64,000 nucleotides of DNA from an uncultured Nitrospiraceae bacterium (GCA_964463965.1 CAYXED010000007.1:4661-68660), one strand, 5' to 3'. Counted from the first letter of the stretch, positions 10,124-20,213 are shown. A program made the numbers and translations. Notes: generated from the sequence alone by a model not told the origin.

Positions 10124-11197
10124 CTAGTCATCTGTTGGAAACGAACCAAGGAGTTTCATCCCTAGTGTTTGGCCCTCTAGCTCGCTTAATGCCTTTGCAA
10201 CGCTCTCATCTTCAACGTGCCCTTCAATATCGATAAAAAATACATATTCCCAAGCTTTTTGTTTTGAGGGGCGAGACTCAATACGTGTCAGATTTACAGC
10301 GTGCGTTGAAAAAGGGCGCAATAGGTTACAAAGCCCACCAGGGCAGTCTTTAGCATAGATCATTAGGGATGTTTTGCTTTTTTTTGTTTTCTCAGGGATG
10401 TGGGTTGCTAGTACGAGAAAACGTGTGTGATTATTGATTTTGTCCTCTATATGTTTCCCCAAAATTTCGAGATTGTAGAGGGAAGCTGCCAATTCAGATC
10501 CAACTGCAGCAGCTGTGAAATCATCTATGGCTAGTTCAGCTGCTCGTCCCGTACTAAAGACATCAATTACTGGAGCATTAGGAACATTTTGCTCAATCCA
10601 ATTTCGGCATTGCGCTGCTGCTTGAGGGTGAGAGTAAATTGTTTTTATTGCTTCAAGTGAAGAGGCTTTTGAAAGCAGATTATGGGAGATTTCTTGAGAA
10701 ACCTCCCCATAAATGGTGAGAGTAGAGTCAAAAAACATGTCAAGCGTGTGATTTACGATGCCCTCTGTTGAGTTTTCAATGGGTACAACCCCAAAGTTTG
10801 TTTCACCCCTGGACACCGACTCGAAGACTCCCTTGATACTGGTCATTGGTGTATATTCGGCTGATGAGCCAAGCTTACGCATTGCAGCAAGATGAGTGAA
10901 AGTACCTTTTGGACCAAGGTACGAAACTTTTATGGAGCCCTCAAGGCACAATGATGCCGACATAATTTCCCTGAAAATGTACTCTATGGCTTTGTTTGGG
11001 TAAGGTCCTGCGTTGTTGTTGAATAGTCGTTGGAAGATTCTCTCTTCACGGCCAGCAGTGTGGAGATTAATGTCTGCCCCTTTCTCGCGCTTTATTTCTC
11101 CAATTGCAATGACTGCCTTGGCACGCTCACTTAATAGGGAGAGAATTTGATCGTCTATTTTATCTATGGCTAATCTGTAGGGGTCGAGGGGTGGCAT
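10124..11197 (-). CDS. pheA: Bifunctional chorismate mutase / prephenate dehydratase (P-protein)
   Basis: 357 aa with an N-terminal AroQ chorismate mutase helix region, a PDT domain, and an ACT domain with NLTRIESRPSK. Confidence 0.9.
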   Translation of the reverse strand: MPPLDPYRLAIDKIDDQILSLLSERAKAVIAIGEIKREKGADINLHTAGREERIFQRLFNNNAGPYPNKAIEYIFREIMSASLCLEGSIKVSYLGPKGTFTHLAAMRKLGSSAEYTPMTSIKGVFESVSRGETNFGVVPIENSTEGIVNHTLDMFFDSTLTIYGEVSQEISHNLLSKASSLEAIKTIYSHPQAAAQCRNWIEQNVPNAPVIDVFSTGRAAELAIDDFTAAAVGSELAASLYNLEILGKHIEDKINNHTRFLVLATHIPEKTKKSKTSLMIYAKDCPGGLCNLLRPFSTHAVNLTRIESRPSKQKAWEYVFFIDIEGHVEDESVAKALSELEGQTLGMKLLGSFPTDD

Positions 11198-11466
11198 GCG
11201 GCGTAAATCAATAGAATTTTCAACAAGATACGTCGGTCATGCTACAGGAAGTAGTTGTTTTTTGCAAGTATAATCAATACTTTAGCGCTGTTTTCAAGGT
11301 TGCGTCAATGTATTGTCAGGATATAGGTGGATGATTCCATCAATGCACAATATATAGGCGTATCTGGCATTTTTTTGCATTGACGGTTTTGTAAGACTCT
11401 GGTACCTTCACCGTGGTAAGTGAAGCGTAGATAAGTCTTATAGTTACTAGCTATTCCTCGAGGATA

Positions 11467-12396
11467 ATGAGTCAAGAGGATTCTTATACAGTGGTGGTGT
11501 TTCGTCACCACTCATCTCAGCCAAAGCAATTCTCCATCAAGAAAAAAACCGTTAGGGTTTTGCTGGTTTTGCTATTGCTCCTTCTGGGGGGGCAGTGGGT
11601 TTTCTTTTCGCAATTTCTTGATCAAAGGCAAAAGCTTGATCAACTTGATCAACTCAAAGTAGATCTCGAGATCAGTGAGCGTGAGGCCTCTGCGGCTAAC
11701 TCAGCTATTCAAAAGCTGCGTTTGCAGTTGGCAGATATGAAAGACCTTAGTGACAAGGTAAGGGAGATGTTGGGTCTCCAGCACGACTTTGACGGTGCTG
11801 TGTCTGGGCAGGGCGGTGAGGATGTTCTCGCAACGTTCAGCAAACGTACTTCTCTGGCGGGTCATGAGGAGGGGAAGGATGATGAGCATCGATCTCTTTC
11901 AGATATGCAGCAGGAGCTAAGGTGGTTGCGAAGCGACGCAAAGGTGGAACATCGTGATTTACGGGCCTTGGTTGAAACCGTAGAAGACCGACGAACCCAA
12001 TGGGAGTCAACGCCTGCGATTTGGCCTGTTAAAGGATGGGTAACGTCTGGTTTTGGACCGAGGGTTTCACCATTTACTGGAAGGCCTTCCAATCATCATG
12101 GTATTGATATCAGGGGTGAGATTGGAACGCCTGTTGTTGCGACTGCTTCAGGTACTGTTGTGCGGCGAAAACATGATACTGGATTTGGAAAAGTTGTCAC
12201 GATTGCTCATGGTTACGGCATATCGACACGATATGGGCATTTGCATACGATGGACGTGAAAGTTGGTAAGAGAGTAGATCGTGGTGATGTGATTGGAACA
12301 GTTGGAAATACTGGACTTTCAACTGGCCCCCATCTACATTATGAGGTAATCGTCAATAAAACGCGCGTTGATCCTCGAAAATACATTATTGAGTAG
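11467..12396 (+). CDS. Membrane-anchored M23 (LytM) family peptidase with coiled-coil
   Basis: TM segment VLLVLLLLLLGGQWVFF, followed by a Q/L/E-rich coiled-coil stretch. The C-terminal LytM domain has HHGIDI ... HLHYEV metal ligands. Confidence 0.85.
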   Translation: MSQEDSYTVVVFRHHSSQPKQFSIKKKTVRVLLVLLLLLLGGQWVFFSQFLDQRQKLDQLDQLKVDLEISEREASAANSAIQKLRLQLADMKDLSDKVREMLGLQHDFDGAVSGQGGEDVLATFSKRTSLAGHEEGKDDEHRSLSDMQQELRWLRSDAKVEHRDLRALVETVEDRRTQWESTPAIWPVKGWVTSGFGPRVSPFTGRPSNHHGIDIRGEIGTPVVATASGTVVRRKHDTGFGKVVTIAHGYGISTRYGHLHTMDVKVGKRVDRGDVIGTVGNTGLSTGPHLHYEVIVNKTRVDPRKYIIE

Positions 12397-12426
12397 TAAA
12401 CCTTTTAGTTTCTAGAGACAATTCCT

Positions 12427-12915
12427 ATGTGGGACTTTTGGAAGAGTGGCGAAGACGATGCTCTTGAAGGGGAGAGTGCCCCTCTTACTTTTTTGGGGAA
12501 GGGGGCGGAGCTTAAGGGAACTATTCACGTCGCTGGATCTGCCCGCGTTGACGGGATAATTGAAGGTAAAGTGCATGTTCAAGGCACGTTGGTTGTTGGA
12601 AAGAGTGCGTTGATAAAAGGGGATGTTATCGCTGAGGCTGTTGTAAGTTCCGGAAACATTACCGGAGACGTTATGGCTAGTGAACGTGTAAAACTACTCA
12701 CTCCATGTGTTTTGATGGGGAGTGTTCAAACTCCGCTTCTTTCTATTGAGGAAGGGGTTCTGATTAGTGGTACGTGTGATATGGTAGTTGCCTCCAATGG
12801 CCATCGAGATGTGGATGTGATTGAAGAGGACAAAGAGCCTTTCCACGAGGACCACGCGCATCAAGAGGTGCTTGAACAGCAGACGCCTTATTCCGAAGAA
12901 TACGAAAGATTTTAA
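12427..12915 (+). CDS. Bactofilin (polymer-forming cytoskeletal protein)
   Basis: 162 aa with beta-helix repeats (G.IEG.V.V.G.L.V...A.I.GDV...). The C-terminal tail is acidic and His-containing. Confidence 0.8.
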   Translation: MWDFWKSGEDDALEGESAPLTFLGKGAELKGTIHVAGSARVDGIIEGKVHVQGTLVVGKSALIKGDVIAEAVVSSGNITGDVMASERVKLLTPCVLMGSVQTPLLSIEEGVLISGTCDMVVASNGHRDVDVIEEDKEPFHEDHAHQEVLEQQTPYSEEYERF

Positions 12916-12960
12916 GTAGCTTCTATCTTCTGTATTTTTTCTCGCCAGTAGTGGTTTATA

Positions 12961-14115
12961 TTAAGTGCATGCCTCTCGTCGAAGTGCTTCAACCATGTTG
13001 GTCTCTTCCCATGTAAATCCTTCTTCGTCTCGGCCAAAGTGCCCGTAGGCGGCAGTTGGCTTGTATATTGGTCGACGCAACTTTAAATGCTCAATCATTC
13101 CATTTGGAGTTAGAGGGAAGATCTTTCGTATAGCCTTAACTAGCTTATCAACTGGAACCGTTTCAGTTCCATGTGTATTGGCAAGAACCGATACAGGTTC
13201 GGCGACTCCAATTGCATATGCAACTTGTACTTCACATCGAGAGGCAAGTTCAGCTGCCACAACGTTTTTAGCAATATAGCGAGCCATGTATGATGCGGAT
13301 CGATCAACTTTACTTGGGTCTTTTCCGGAAAACGCACCACCGCCATGACTGCCAACTCCACCGTAGGTGTCTACAATTATTTTTCTACCTGTAAGTCCTG
13401 TATCCCCCATTGGTCCACCAACTACAAACCGTCCTGTCGGATTGATGTGGTATGAAACGGTTTTTTCATCGAAGAGATCACGTGGCATTACCGGGTGAAT
13501 AACGTGCTCGATGATATCGTCTTGGATCTCCTTCAAGGTTACCTCTGGACTGTGTTGAGTTGAAACCACAATCGTTGAAATATTAACTGGACGCCCATTT
13601 TTGTATTCGATAGTGACTTGTGATTTTCCATCGGGCCTGAGGTAGGGAAGAAGGTTTTGCTTGCGAGCTTCGCTGAGCCGACGAGTGATTTTATGTGCAA
13701 GCACTATTGGCATTGGCATCAGTTCCTTAGTTTCGTTTGTGGCGTACCCAAACATTAAGCCCTGGTCACCTGCGCCTCCCACATCGACTCCCTGTGATAT
13801 GTCTGGTGATTGGCTATGAATTGATGTCAGTACTGCGCATGTTTCATAGTCAAAGCCATATTTTGCTTTTGTATAGCCTATTTCTTTGATTGTTTCCCTC
13901 ACAATGTCAGGTACTTCAACGTAGCCTGTCGTAGTTATTTCTCCTGCTACAAATGCCAATCCGGTTGTAACAAGAGCCTCACATGCTACACGACATGTTG
14001 GGTCCTGCGCGATAATTGCGTCTAAAATGGCGTCTGATATTTGATCGGATACTTTGTCGGGGTGTCCTTCTGTTACGGACTCAGAAGTAAAAAGAAAGGA
14101 TTGATTCATAGTCAC
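12961..14115 (-). CDS. metK: S-adenosylmethionine synthetase
   Basis: 384 aa with [17 protein letters not shown] and GGGAFSGKD motifs. Confidence 0.97.
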   Translation of the reverse strand: MTMNQSFLFTSESVTEGHPDKVSDQISDAILDAIIAQDPTCRVACEALVTTGLAFVAGEITTTGYVEVPDIVRETIKEIGYTKAKYGFDYETCAVLTSIHSQSPDISQGVDVGGAGDQGLMFGYATNETKELMPMPIVLAHKITRRLSEARKQNLLPYLRPDGKSQVTIEYKNGRPVNISTIVVSTQHSPEVTLKEIQDDIIEHVIHPVMPRDLFDEKTVSYHINPTGRFVVGGPMGDTGLTGRKIIVDTYGGVGSHGGGAFSGKDPSKVDRSASYMARYIAKNVVAAELASRCEVQVAYAIGVAEPVSVLANTHGTETVPVDKLVKAIRKIFPLTPNGMIEHLKLRRPIYKPTAAYGHFGRDEEGFTWEETNMVEALRREACT

Positions 14116-14331
14116 AGCTCCTTCATAAAGGGGAAGAGTTGGTCAGGCTAATCAAGGTAGTAGTGCTGTCCACCCTGCAGATGGTATCGCAGATCATCTA
14201 GTTTCTGTCAAGGAAGGTGTGCGTCTGCTCCTTGACACTCATCTTTCGCGTTGGGTAAGATCAAAACGTATTTTTTGGTAGTAGTAGAATAGATTTTCTG
14301 CGTAATAACAGGTGTTTAGAAGGGGAATGGC

Positions 14332-15765
14332 TTGGCTAATTCTATCACTGAAGAACCGTTGAGCAAAAAGTCTTCAGAACTCCCAGGTTGGAGTCGTTTT
14401 AATTGGGCTGGATTACCAGGCAAAGTTGTAGATACACTGAGTTCGCTTAGACTTGCAATTTCTCTTTTCATTGCCTTAGCCATTCTCTCGACGATTGGAA
14501 CGATAATTCAGCAAGGAGAAACACCAGAATTTTATATTAAGGAATACGGGGAGCCAATGTATGGGTGGTTTCAGACTTTTGGCTTTACCGATGTTTACGC
14601 TCAGACGTGGTTCCGAGCAGTCCTTGGGTTGTTAATTGTTAACTCACTGACTTGTTTTTATAAACGATTTCCGGGGATTTGGCGTTCTATGAGACAGAGC
14701 AATATTGCTGTCCCATCAACATTTATTGAGGGTTTGAAACAACATGTTGAGGTCCCTCTGAAAAGTGACAGTGGCAAAGTCGCTGAGGAGATGATTGATA
14801 TCCTGGGTGGAAGAGGGTATCGAGTTTCCGTGAGTCGAGCCAAGGATAATATATCTGTCTTCGCTACAAAAGGAATTATGGGAAGAGTGGGTGCTCACGT
14901 TGCTCATGTTAGTGCCGCTATCATTGTGCTTGGGGGCTTGATAGGGTCGGTAGCGGGGTTTAGAGACTTTGGAATTGGGCTTCCCGGTGAAACTTATTAT
15001 ATTCCGCAAGGGGATTTTAGCTTAAAAGTAGAAAAATTTTGGATGGATTATTATGAAAACGGTGCAATTAAGTCATACAATAGCACCTTAACTGTGGTGG
15101 ATAAGGGACAGGAAAAATTTACAAAAACAATATCTGTTAACGATCCACTTGTATACAACGACATATGGTTGTATCAATCGTCCTACGGTGACCATTGGGA
15201 TAAGGTTGATAAGGCACGAGTTATGATTACTGAGAAGGGTTCTGAAAATGTAGTTGGTGATGTTATGTTAGATTGGGGAGAGCCTCTGAGGGTTCCCGAC
15301 ATTGACCTTGGACTTCGGGTTACTGGATTTGCCGCTGATTTTGCATTTGATTCTGAGACAAAGCAGGTTTCTTCAAAGACAAGTGAACATAAAAATCCTG
15401 CTGTTCAAATTACTATTACTGAAGGAGATAAGACCTTTAATCCATGGTTTTTTGTTGACTTTCCAGGAATAATTGATATTCCAGACTCTTCTTATGCATT
15501 TGAAATTGTGGGTTATTTACCGTCAAAATATACAGGACTTCAGATGGGGCATAATCCTGGTATAACTATTGTGTGGACTGGTTGTTTATTGATTGTTGTT
15601 GGAATGGCACTTTCTTCTTTCGTGTTTCATCGACGGCTGTGGGTTAACATTCAGAAAGATGGAGATAATTCGAAACTTTATATTGGGGGTAATACCCATA
15701 AGGGACAAATTGATTTTTCACGTGAGTTCGCAACCTTGACAGACCGTATTAGGCATATTGGGTAG
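14332..15765 (+). CDS. resB: Cytochrome c biogenesis protein ResB/Ccs1 (System II)
   Basis: 477 aa with a TTG start. It has N-terminal TM helices, a large periplasmic domain and a C-terminal TM. ccsA follows directly. Confidence 0.8.
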   Translation: MANSITEEPLSKKSSELPGWSRFNWAGLPGKVVDTLSSLRLAISLFIALAILSTIGTIIQQGETPEFYIKEYGEPMYGWFQTFGFTDVYAQTWFRAVLGLLIVNSLTCFYKRFPGIWRSMRQSNIAVPSTFIEGLKQHVEVPLKSDSGKVAEEMIDILGGRGYRVSVSRAKDNISVFATKGIMGRVGAHVAHVSAAIIVLGGLIGSVAGFRDFGIGLPGETYYIPQGDFSLKVEKFWMDYYENGAIKSYNSTLTVVDKGQEKFTKTISVNDPLVYNDIWLYQSSYGDHWDKVDKARVMITEKGSENVVGDVMLDWGEPLRVPDIDLGLRVTGFAADFAFDSETKQVSSKTSEHKNPAVQITITEGDKTFNPWFFVDFPGIIDIPDSSYAFEIVGYLPSKYTGLQMGHNPGITIVWTGCLLIVVGMALSSFVFHRRLWVNIQKDGDNSKLYIGGNTHKGQIDFSREFATLTDRIRHIG

Positions 15766-15802
15766 GACATTAAGAGGCTGTTTTTCTAAATGAGGAGGGA
15801 AT

Positions 15803-16705
15803 ATGTTCACGTCGCTTTTCTTATTTGATTTAACCTTCTGGTTATATTTAGCCGCTGTAGGCTTGTATATAGGTTACGTGGCGCTTGGACGGACTAGCGT
15901 ACAGGTGGCAGGTGCCGGAACTGGAAATCTCTCGACGTCGGACTATTCGGCTCCTGTCGGGCAACTTGCGACCATGATTACTTTCGTAGGTGTGTTTGTA
16001 AATACTCTTGCGCTCGGGACGCGTGCCTACGAAAGGTATCAACTTACTGGAACGTTTGCGCCATGGTCAAATCAATTTGAAGCTATGGCTTTTGTGGCGT
16101 GGTCAATTATCGTTGGCTATCTCATTCTAGAGTTTAAGTATGGGATTAAGGCCATTGGTGCGTTTGTTGTTTCAATTGGGTTTATTGCTATGGGTGCGGC
16201 GTCCTTGCTTCCATACCGATATCAAACAGCTGAGCCGCTTGTTCCGGCGCTAAACAGCTATTGGATTTATATCCATGTCTCCGTTACCCTCACTAGCTAT
16301 GCCGCGTTTGCTATGGCTGCTGGTTTAGGTGTTATGTATCTCTTAAAGGAGAGGGCTGAACTCAATGGCAACACTTCTTCTCTTACCTCTGCCTTCCCAA
16401 GCCTTGAGACCATTGACGAACTTGGATATAAGGCCATTACTATTGGGTTTCCCCTACTTGCATTTGGAATTATTTTAGGAGCTATGTGGGCAAATTATGC
16501 TTGGGGCGGTTACTGGAGTTGGGACCCTAAGGAAACTTGGTCGTTGATCGTTTGGCTAATTTACGGTGCGTATATTCATGCCAGAATGACCAGAGGGTGG
16601 GGCGGTCATCGTGCGGCAATTTATGCGATATTTGGTTTCTTGATGGTAATCTTCTGTTTTTGGGGGGTAAATTTTCTTCTCTCAGGACTTCATGCCTATG
16701 CCTAA
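15803..16705 (+). CDS. ccsA: Cytochrome c-type biogenesis protein CcsA/ResC
   Basis: 300-aa polytopic protein with the Trp-rich haem-handling motif WGGYWSWDPKETW. A GAGGAGGG SD precedes the ATG. Confidence 0.9.
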   Translation: MFTSLFLFDLTFWLYLAAVGLYIGYVALGRTSVQVAGAGTGNLSTSDYSAPVGQLATMITFVGVFVNTLALGTRAYERYQLTGTFAPWSNQFEAMAFVAWSIIVGYLILEFKYGIKAIGAFVVSIGFIAMGAASLLPYRYQTAEPLVPALNSYWIYIHVSVTLTSYAAFAMAAGLGVMYLLKERAELNGNTSSLTSAFPSLETIDELGYKAITIGFPLLAFGIILGAMWANYAWGGYWSWDPKETWSLIVWLIYGAYIHARMTRGWGGHRAAIYAIFGFLMVIFCFWGVNFLLSGLHAYA

Positions 16706-17339
16706 TCTAGATGACTCGGAGGTTGTTTCTGATTCGCCTGTTCCTCAAACGGAGGCTGGCGTGCCTCAGAATACCAAGAGTACTTCAAAGCTCCCAGTAA
16801 TTTTTGGTGTATTGGTTATTTCTGCGATTGCGTTTGGGCTTGTTTGGATGCAGGGTGCAAAATATGAGCCTGTTCTTGTTGGAAAAGCCGCACCTAACTT
16901 TGAATTAAAAGACATCAACGGGAATGCGGTAGAGTTATCAGACTATAAAGGGCAGGTTGTATTTTTAAATTTTTGGGCTACCTGGTGTAAGCCTTGTCAG
17001 GAAGAAATGCCTTCAATGGAGCGACTACATCAGGACCTTGAAGCTAAGTTTTCTGACCGTTTCGTAATGCTAGCAGTCAGTATTGATAAATCTGCTGATG
17101 ACATTCCTGCGTTTATGGCAAAGTATAAACTGACCTTTCCTGTCCTTCATGATCGCTGGGGGAAGGTGGATAGAATTTATAAAATTATGGGTGTTCCAGA
17201 GACTTATATAATTGATCAAGCAGGCAACTTGGTGGAAAAGGTTATTGGGCCACGAGAGTGGGATGTTCCAAAAAATATTCAAAGTGTAATGAATCTTTTG
17301 CAACCTTTTTCGCCGAAATCATCTTTAGGAGACGGATAG
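16692..17339 (+). CDS. resA: Membrane-anchored thiol:disulfide oxidoreductase (ResA/TlpA family)
   Basis: TM anchor plus a thioredoxin fold with the FWATWCKPCQEEMP active site. It overlaps the ccsA end by 14 nt. Confidence 0.85.
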   Translation: MPMPNLDDSEVVSDSPVPQTEAGVPQNTKSTSKLPVIFGVLVISAIAFGLVWMQGAKYEPVLVGKAAPNFELKDINGNAVELSDYKGQVVFLNFWATWCKPCQEEMPSMERLHQDLEAKFSDRFVMLAVSIDKSADDIPAFMAKYKLTFPVLHDRWGKVDRIYKIMGVPETYIIDQAGNLVEKVIGPREWDVPKNIQSVMNLLQPFSPKSSLGDG

Positions 17340-17350
17340 TCGTATATCAG

Positions 17351-17920
17351 ATGTTTCGGAGTAGCTTTTTCTTTCTTTGCCTTTTTCTCCTTGTTCTAGG
17401 GTTAATGTCCTGTGATGAAATACCTGGAGCAATTGTAGAGGCAAAAGAAGATAGGTCTATCGCTTCTGCATCGATACCAGAGAGTCCTCGTGTGGGTTTT
17501 CGCGCACCTTCATTTACTCTTCCGGACATCGACGGGAAAATGGTGAAACTTGAAGATCTTCGAGGAAAGGTAATTCTCCTGAACTTTTGGGCGACATGGT
17601 GTGGACCATGTACTCTTGAAATGCCCTCTATGGAGGAGTTATATCGGGAGTTTAATGATCAAGGTTTTGAAATTTTAGCTTTATCAAGTGACTTTCAGGG
17701 TTCACGTGTGACAAAACCATTTAAAGAGCAGTATGAGCTGACGTTTCCAATATTGCACGACCTTGAACAGGATGTTAATGCTGCCTATCGTATCCGTTCA
17801 ATTCCCGCATCTCTCTTAATTGGAAAAGATGGAGTGATTACCTATCGAGTTCCTGGGGCGAGGGATTGGTATAGTGATAAGGCACGTGGGATGATCCAAC
17901 AACTGTTGGATGCGTCATGA
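17351..17920 (+). CDS. Second TlpA/ResA-family thioredoxin, probable lipoprotein
   Basis: Start placed at ATG 17351 (MFRSSFFFLCLFLLVLGLMSC, lipoprotein-like signal). The active site is FWATWCGPCTLEMP. Confidence 0.8.
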   Translation: MFRSSFFFLCLFLLVLGLMSCDEIPGAIVEAKEDRSIASASIPESPRVGFRAPSFTLPDIDGKMVKLEDLRGKVILLNFWATWCGPCTLEMPSMEELYREFNDQGFEILALSSDFQGSRVTKPFKEQYELTFPILHDLEQDVNAAYRIRSIPASLLIGKDGVITYRVPGARDWYSDKARGMIQQLLDAS

Positions 17921-17942
17921 GTAGAGATCTAACTGTGTAATT

Positions 17943-18704
17943 ATGTTTGAAGCTCAAGTATCTTTCACTATAGCGTTTATTGCGGGCTTTCTTTCTTTCA
18001 TATCTCCCTGCGTTTTGCCATTGGTCCCTTCCTACTTAAGCTATATAACAGGACTTTCTCTTGATCAGTTAACAAGCGAAGACAATCGAAAAAAGCTTCG
18101 CGGTACGATTATGACTAATTCAGTTTTGTTCATTGGAGGCTTCTCTGCCGTTTTTATGGCGTTTGGCGCTTCGGCAAGTTTTGCAGGACAATTATTGTTT
18201 GCATACCATGACTACCTGCAGAAAATTGGTGGAATATTAATCATTATATTTGGCCTTTATGTAATGGGAGTATTTAAATTAAGATTTTTGTCGGTGGAAA
18301 AAAAGATGCACCTTTCTACGCGGCCTGCAGGATATGTCGGCTCAGTGTTAATTGGAATGGTGTTTGGTGCCGCATGGACTCCCTGCGTCGGCCCAATCCT
18401 TGGTTCTATTTTAGCACTTGCGGCGACCAGTGATTCCATGATGACTGGGGTTCAGCTTCTCGGAATATACTCTTTAGGTTTGGGAATTCCTCTTTTTTTA
18501 GCAGCCTTAGGAGTAGATTCATTTTTAAATTACTTTAAAAAAGTAAGGACGTACATGTGGGCGGTCTCAGCTGTAAGTGGAGTATTTTTAGTTTTGGTTG
18601 GTGTTATGATCTATACGAACTCTTTTGCGCAGTTTACTCGCATATTGACTGATTATGGAATTGGTTGGTATGTGGGACCAGATGCAGCGACGGGCTCCTT
18701 TTAG
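17943..18704 (+). CDS. ccdA: Cytochrome c biogenesis thiol-reductant transporter CcdA (DsbD-core family)
   Basis: 253 aa, about 6 TM helices. Conserved cysteines lie in ISPCVLPLVP and WTPCVGPILG. Confidence 0.9.
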   Translation: MFEAQVSFTIAFIAGFLSFISPCVLPLVPSYLSYITGLSLDQLTSEDNRKKLRGTIMTNSVLFIGGFSAVFMAFGASASFAGQLLFAYHDYLQKIGGILIIIFGLYVMGVFKLRFLSVEKKMHLSTRPAGYVGSVLIGMVFGAAWTPCVGPILGSILALAATSDSMMTGVQLLGIYSLGLGIPLFLAALGVDSFLNYFKKVRTYMWAVSAVSGVFLVLVGVMIYTNSFAQFTRILTDYGIGWYVGPDAATGSF

Positions 18705-18796
18705 TCTCCTCCTGAAACATTTTTTTCCTCATCTAGTCCTTCCTTTTGTGTGAAAACTGTCCTTAATCTGAGGCGGATTGTAGAGAAAAGGATAAT

Positions 18797-19561
18797 TTAA
18801 GGTTTTTCGAGGAGTGGAATAAGAATTGGCCATAGGTTCTTTGTAATAATAGTGTATCCTTCTTTTGTAGGATGTATCCCGTCCCTCTGATTCAATGCCG
18901 GTTTTGTAGCTACATCTTTTAGAAAAAATGGCATGAATGGAGTGCCGTGTTTTTCAGCCAAGGTAGAAAATATTTTAGTAAACGATTCTGAATATATAGG
19001 CCCATAGTTTGGCGGAAGTTTCATCCCCGTTAGTAGTACGGTAATCTCATGTTTATGTAGTTGTTCAATGATGTGTGAGAGGTTATTTTTAGTTTCTTCA
19101 ATACGTAGGCCTCGCAAACCATCATTAGCCCCAAGTTCAAGTATTACTACTTTAGGCTGTAATTTTGTGATAGAAGGAAGGCGACGTAGAGCACCAGCTG
19201 TGGTTTCCCCACTAATCCCCATATTAAGTACATGATGCTTATAGCCATTTGCAGTAAGCTTTTTTTGGAGTTGTGCAGGGTATGCTTCATCGATGGTTAC
19301 TCCAAGGCCTGCTGTTAGGCTATTTCCAAACGCAACAATGAGAGCGTTGTTTTGAAGAGAATCTAGGGGTTTCTGAGAAAGGGAAGGCTGTTTGTTGTTC
19401 TCAGAGTTTTCTTGCCTACTGTCACATCCTGTAATTAAGATAAACGTGAGGGTGAAGTAGAGTATGGTGAGCAGTAATTTTTTGGTCTGTTGTGTGTTGT
19501 ATTGATTCACGCTAGGTCCTTGGTGATTTGTGTCTATTATTAGTGTAAAAGACTTATCCAT
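18797..19561 (-). CDS. tesA: SGNH/GDSL arylesterase-lysophospholipase (TesA-like), lipoprotein-type signal
   Basis: Block I VAFGNSLTAG, block III LGANDG, block V RDGIHPT, and signal ...FILITGC. The start is uncertain (alternative in-frame GTG at 19510). The listed start overlaps the divergent ABC gene. Confidence 0.75.
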   Translation of the reverse strand: MDKSFTLIIDTNHQGPSVNQYNTQQTKKLLLTILYFTLTFILITGCDSRQENSENNKQPSLSQKPLDSLQNNALIVAFGNSLTAGLGVTIDEAYPAQLQKKLTANGYKHHVLNMGISGETTAGALRRLPSITKLQPKVVILELGANDGLRGLRIEETKNNLSHIIEQLHKHEITVLLTGMKLPPNYGPIYSESFTKIFSTLAEKHGTPFMPFFLKDVATKPALNQRDGIHPTKEGYTIITKNLWPILIPLLEKP

Positions 19562-20213
19562 GTCTTTGGCAAGTGGAGGACAAAACGTTCAGGTTTTGTC
19601 CAGTATTACCTTCTCAGTTTTAGCAAAGGAGCGATTTGCCATTATAGGCCGATCAGGTAGTGGAAAATCTACCTTGCTCGGTCTTTTAGCTGGTTTAGAT
19701 GCGCCCTCCTCTGGTGAAATTTATATAAATGGCGTGGATCTAGGCAAACTCAATGAAGAAGAACTTGCTAGCTTCAGATTGAAAAATATTGGATATGTAT
19801 TTCAGTCATATCATTTAATTCCGACATTAACTGCAGTTGAAAATATAGCATTGCCCCTGGAATTGTGTGGCAATACAGATGCTTTTGGATATGCACGCGA
19901 ACTTTTGGCTGATGTTGGGCTTATTTCTCGAGCTCATCACTATCCGATTCAATTATCTGGTGGGGAACAGCAAAGAGTTGCACTTGCGAGGGCATTTGCA
20001 AACCGTCCTTCAATTTTGCTTGCAGATGAACCTACAGGCAACCTTGACACTTCATCGAGTCATCAAGTTATTGATTTGTTACTCCGTTTTAATGACGAAT
20101 ATGGCACCACACTTGTCATTGTAACTCATGATACTGCTTTGTCGTCATTGGCTAATCATATACTTACTCTTGATGATGGGTATATGGTTAGTGATGATCA
20201 AGTTGCTAGGTGA
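19530..20213 (+). CDS. ABC transporter ATP-binding protein (YbbA/LolD-like)
   Basis: Walker A GRSGSGKST, signature LSGGEQQRVALARA, Walker B ILLADEPTGNLD. It is divergent from the tesA-like gene, as in the E. coli tesA-ybbA arrangement. Confidence 0.85.
   Translation: MSIISVKDLSMSLASGGQNVQVLSSITFSVLAKERFAIIGRSGSGKSTLLGLLAGLDAPSSGEIYINGVDLGKLNEEELASFRLKNIGYVFQSYHLIPTLTAVENIALPLELCGNTDAFGYARELLADVGLISRAHHYPIQLSGGEQQRVALARAFANRPSILLADEPTGNLDTSSSHQVIDLLLRFNDEYGTTLVIVTHDTALSSLANHILTLDDGYMVSDDQVAR

Noticed and set aside
14116-14331. A 215-nt leader upstream of metK was examined for a SAM riboswitch. On the minus strand it contains a perfect 9-bp hairpin, TGTCAAGGA...TCCTTGACA.
   Set aside because: I could not find the SAM-I core (for example GAGGGA...GCCC...GCAACC elements), nor anything I can recognise as SAM-II, SAM-IV or SAM-V. 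The hairpin may simply be part of the divergent metK/resB promoter region. Only an Rfam scan could settle this.
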